Source: Nitrospinaceae bacterium
GTDB taxonomy: Bacteria > Nitrospinota > Nitrospinia > Nitrospinales > Nitrospinaceae
Direction: 5' to 3'
Length of the DNA: 64,000 nucleotides
Assembly (NCBI GenBank): GCA_965223665.1
Contig: OZ245011.1
Span: forward strand, 1,440,001 to 1,504,000
Shown here: piece after piece, positions 61,503 to 64,000 of the stretch
Layout: each line of letters starts with the position of its first letter
Position numbering within the stretch: position 1 is the first letter of the stretch
Program-made: the position numbers and the translations under genes
The notes under the pieces: model-generated
What the model was told of the DNA's origin: nothing
Databases searched by the model: none
What the model saw: the letters and a program-made list of their open reading frames with translations, nothing else

Positions 61503-62555
61503 TCAAAACCAATCAAACAGAGCGGACAGGGTTAGAATCAACCGGAAATCTTCCGTGCCTTCTCCCCCCTGTTGTTGGGATTGTTCGTTGAGGTCTTTCC
61601 ATATAATGGTTTTGTATCCCAGGGCGATACTGTAATTCTCCCAATAAAGACGCACTCCCGGTAAAACATAAAACATACCGCCCCCGGTGGCGAGTTCTCC
61701 GACACCGTTGGTGACATCACGACGCAGATGCAGGTACTGCCCCTCAAAAGCGATATCAATCCGCAGTTTGTTCTTCATGTCGGTGAACAGGCGATAGATT
61801 AAAGCGCTATTGGCTCGAAACTCAGAGCCGAATTTGGTGCGGTTTCCATCAGCGTAAGAATATTCCTGAAAGCCAAGGAATGAAATTTCCTGATTGAAGG
61901 TCAACTTCGGCAAAACCACTTTGGTGAGAGTGACTCCGACTGTATACGAGGGTTTCCCGAATCCTGTAGACTTGCCGGGATCGATGGCACCGCTGTTATC
62001 CCGCTTATTGGCATTACCGGTTGGGAGTGTCATCCCGGCGAACAAAGTGAAATGCCAGTCCTCCAGGTCATCGAGGCTTTCATTTTCAGGTATCAGTTGA
62101 AATCCTTCATCGTACTTAAAACCCAGCTGGCCGAAAAACGAGATGTCCGCAAACCCGTGGGTGTCGAATCCACCGGCTTCATCCACCTTGCTGTTAAATG
62201 GAACAAACAGATAACCGGAAAACCATGAGGTGAAACCGTAACCCAGACCTGCGATATAGAAGTTGGCGTATTCGCTCTCCGGATTGGTGATATTCATATC
62301 GAACGTTTCGTAATTGGCATGGTCGAGTTTAAAAAAAAGCAGCATCTGGTCATCCGGCAAAGTGAAGGAGGTCGCCGATTCTGTAGGGGCGCCCGGGCCC
62401 TTGATTCCTGCGACCCCGAGGCTTGCAACGCCATGATGAGCCTCCACCTGGGTGGGCACCAGAAAGATCAGAACCAGCAGTGAATCCCGAATAAGTTTCA
62501 AAGAAAATTTAAAAAACAAAAGTGAGTTAAAGAAACGGTGAATCATTGCGGTCAT
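61503..62555 (-). CDS. Outer-membrane beta-barrel 'transporter' protein, probably metal-uptake associated
   Basis: Mature N-terminus HHG after a signal; GFADIS, LPTG, beta-strand pattern; co-oriented with the DUF4198 gene. Confidence 0.65.
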   Translation of the reverse strand: MTAMIHRFFNSLLFFKFSLKLIRDSLLVLIFLVPTQVEAHHGVASLGVAGIKGPGAPTESATSFTLPDDQMLLFFKLDHANYETFDMNITNPESEYANFYIAGLGYGFTSWFSGYLFVPFNSKVDEAGGFDTHGFADISFFGQLGFKYDEGFQLIPENESLDDLEDWHFTLFAGMTLPTGNANKRDNSGAIDPGKSTGFGKPSYTVGVTLTKVVLPKLTFNQEISFLGFQEYSYADGNRTKFGSEFRANSALIYRLFTDMKNKLRIDIAFEGQYLHLRRDVTNGVGELATGGGMFYVLPGVRLYWENYSIALGYKTIIWKDLNEQSQQQGGEGTEDFRLILTLSALFDWF

Positions 62556-62574
62556 ATTGGCTTTGAGTTCTGCT

Positions 62575-63342
62575 TCAGTTTGGGAGTTCGAACATCAGTG
62601 AGGTCGAATGCACTATTTTATCACTCCTGCCGTCAACCGAGGGTTCATCTGCACTGGCTGTAATCACCTGGGTTCCTCCATGCCGGATTCGAAGGTTGAT
62701 CCGCCCATCTTTGCCGGTGACTCCACGCGGGTCACCATCGTATGCGACTGTGACTCCTGCACGTGGCTTTCCCCTCCAGGTCACCTGCAAGCGAAGCTTG
62801 TCGCCCGGCTCCAGTTGGAATGGATCAGTTGTGCTTACCAACTCCAGTCCCTGAGAAATGGGCAGTGAAAGTGCTTCCGACCAGGTCTCCAACCTTTTCA
62901 GGACTTCAATGGACTGCCAGCTTCTTAAGGAGCTAATGATCTCCTCACGCGGTTGGTCCGTGATACCCGCCTGAGTTTGCAACCAGATACCGGTGTCTGC
63001 TTCGACAAGAATACATGCGCAAGGCCCGGCAATACGCACCGGGTAGGTTCTGGAAAATTCTGTATGAAGTATTTCTCCTGTTTGGCTGGCGCAAATCACC
63101 TGTTCTACTATTGAGGGATCGTAAGGGACAAAGGCTTCTCCTTTATGTTGAGAAGAATGGTGTCCGTTATAAAAGAGGTAGTCCTCGCCCTTTTTTTCAA
63201 GCCAATAGTCGTGAGCCGTTGCGGAACTTACGGTCAGCAGCAGAAAGATTATATTCAGAAAAAAGTTTTTTAAAAGGGCTTTGAAAGATTGATTGGTCAT
63301 GTCACTGTTCATTAATATAACACCCTTTAAAAGGAACTCCAT
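62575..63342 (-). CDS. DUF4198-like periplasmic (Ni/Co uptake-associated) protein
   Basis: ATA-HDYWL mature start, YNGH, GLELV...PGDKLRLQV.WRGKP, TGKDG. Confidence 0.75.
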   Translation of the reverse strand: MEFLLKGVILMNSDMTNQSFKALLKNFFLNIIFLLLTVSSATAHDYWLEKKGEDYLFYNGHHSSQHKGEAFVPYDPSIVEQVICASQTGEILHTEFSRTYPVRIAGPCACILVEADTGIWLQTQAGITDQPREEIISSLRSWQSIEVLKRLETWSEALSLPISQGLELVSTTDPFQLEPGDKLRLQVTWRGKPRAGVTVAYDGDPRGVTGKDGRINLRIRHGGTQVITASADEPSVDGRSDKIVHSTSLMFELPN

Positions 63343-63521
63343 TTTTTTGTAGGATGGCTATTCAGGATTTCCCTAAGGGACGGCAAGGTGACCCGGGGGC
63401 TGCATAAATAAACCTGGAAGCGGAAACTTTGCAGTAAAGATTGTATTCCCTGTTTCATGCGCTGAATGCAATTCTTCTATTTAACTCTTGATAATAAAAG
63501 AAAATTTTATATAATCCGCCA

Positions 63522-63974
63522 ATGCGAAAAGTAACCTCACAAATTTTCTGCGCTTTTTTAATGCTTCTTCTCTGGGCATCCGGAGCGGTTGCGTCTACTT
63601 CGCATCACCATAAAGGCATGGGCTCTGCCCTGGAAAGCCATTCTCCTTTTCATCAGCATCAAGCGAGTGGTTCTGCTGTGGAAAGTGAAAATGACCACCG
63701 GCGGCTTTGTCGATTAAAACATCATCAGAAGGGACTGCCCTGTCCGCATGAAAAAAAGCACATACCAGGAGAAGGGCTTGCCATCGGAACTGATTGTGGA
63801 GGAATGCCTTCCGGGTCCTTTCCTATCTCTGTGGATTTTTCAAAAAATCTCTTTTTTGATTTAAACCTGTCTTTATTTGGCTGCAATGAAAATTCAGCCG
63901 ATTGGGTTCTTTATACTTCAACCTATACATTCTCTCTTTCTCATCCCATCGACCACCCTCCGAAGTTTCTCTAG
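63522..63974 (+). CDS. His/Cys-rich exported protein ending in an HPP motif (DUF2946-like leader)
   Basis: Signal peptide, HHH/SPFH, C.LKHH..PCPH, DCGG, PIDHPPKF. Confidence 0.65.
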   Translation: MRKVTSQIFCAFLMLLLWASGAVASTSHHHKGMGSALESHSPFHQHQASGSAVESENDHRRLCRLKHHQKGLPCPHEKKHIPGEGLAIGTDCGGMPSGSFPISVDFSKNLFFDLNLSLFGCNENSADWVLYTSTYTFSLSHPIDHPPKFL

Positions 63975-64000
63975 TTTTTCTCTCGTTTTTATTTTCCAAA

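Noticed and set aside
63345-63470. Cobalamin riboswitch upstream of the DUF4198 gene
   Set aside because: Only scattered words (AGGGAA, GCCCCCG); conserved core and B12 box not found.

Overview
This is a 64-kb bacterial accessory region with no rRNA, tRNA, CRISPR array, integrase or transposase that I can support. It holds about 60 mostly single or short-operon genes. These include an HlyD-TolC-ABC exporter with a degenerate ATPase, ada, a Tat-exported beta-carbonic anhydrase, and a sigma54-controlled redox/detox module (CDGSH, VOC, pirin, MBL, nitroreductase). Also present are a Kef antiporter, ppc, purEK, an Old Yellow Enzyme, cydAB and metal-uptake genes. Two AT-rich defence-like patches stand out: a fused CapRel-like toxin with a TM+MBL pair, and AbiTii with an ABC-ATPase/PIN pair. 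The most unusual signal is intergenic. (1) From 41 to 56.5 kb a module carrying AAACAAAGCATGCTATAAT sits directly upstream of five unrelated genes. Decayed copies of the 3' end of the 'anchor' gene at 40467-41051 recur three times, which suggests serial gene accretion behind a portable promoter. (2) From 5.8 to 25 kb the spacers are built from a modular hairpin-repeat family. It includes a 157-bp near-perfect inverted repeat around a sigma54 promoter, and one copy supplies a gene's stop codon. (3) The csp gene is bracketed by two copies of an MFS gene's 3' end. An attC-like site and several gene remnants (NCS2, GNAT, M90 peptidase) point to high gene turnover. All family assignments come from motif recognition by eye; no searches were run.
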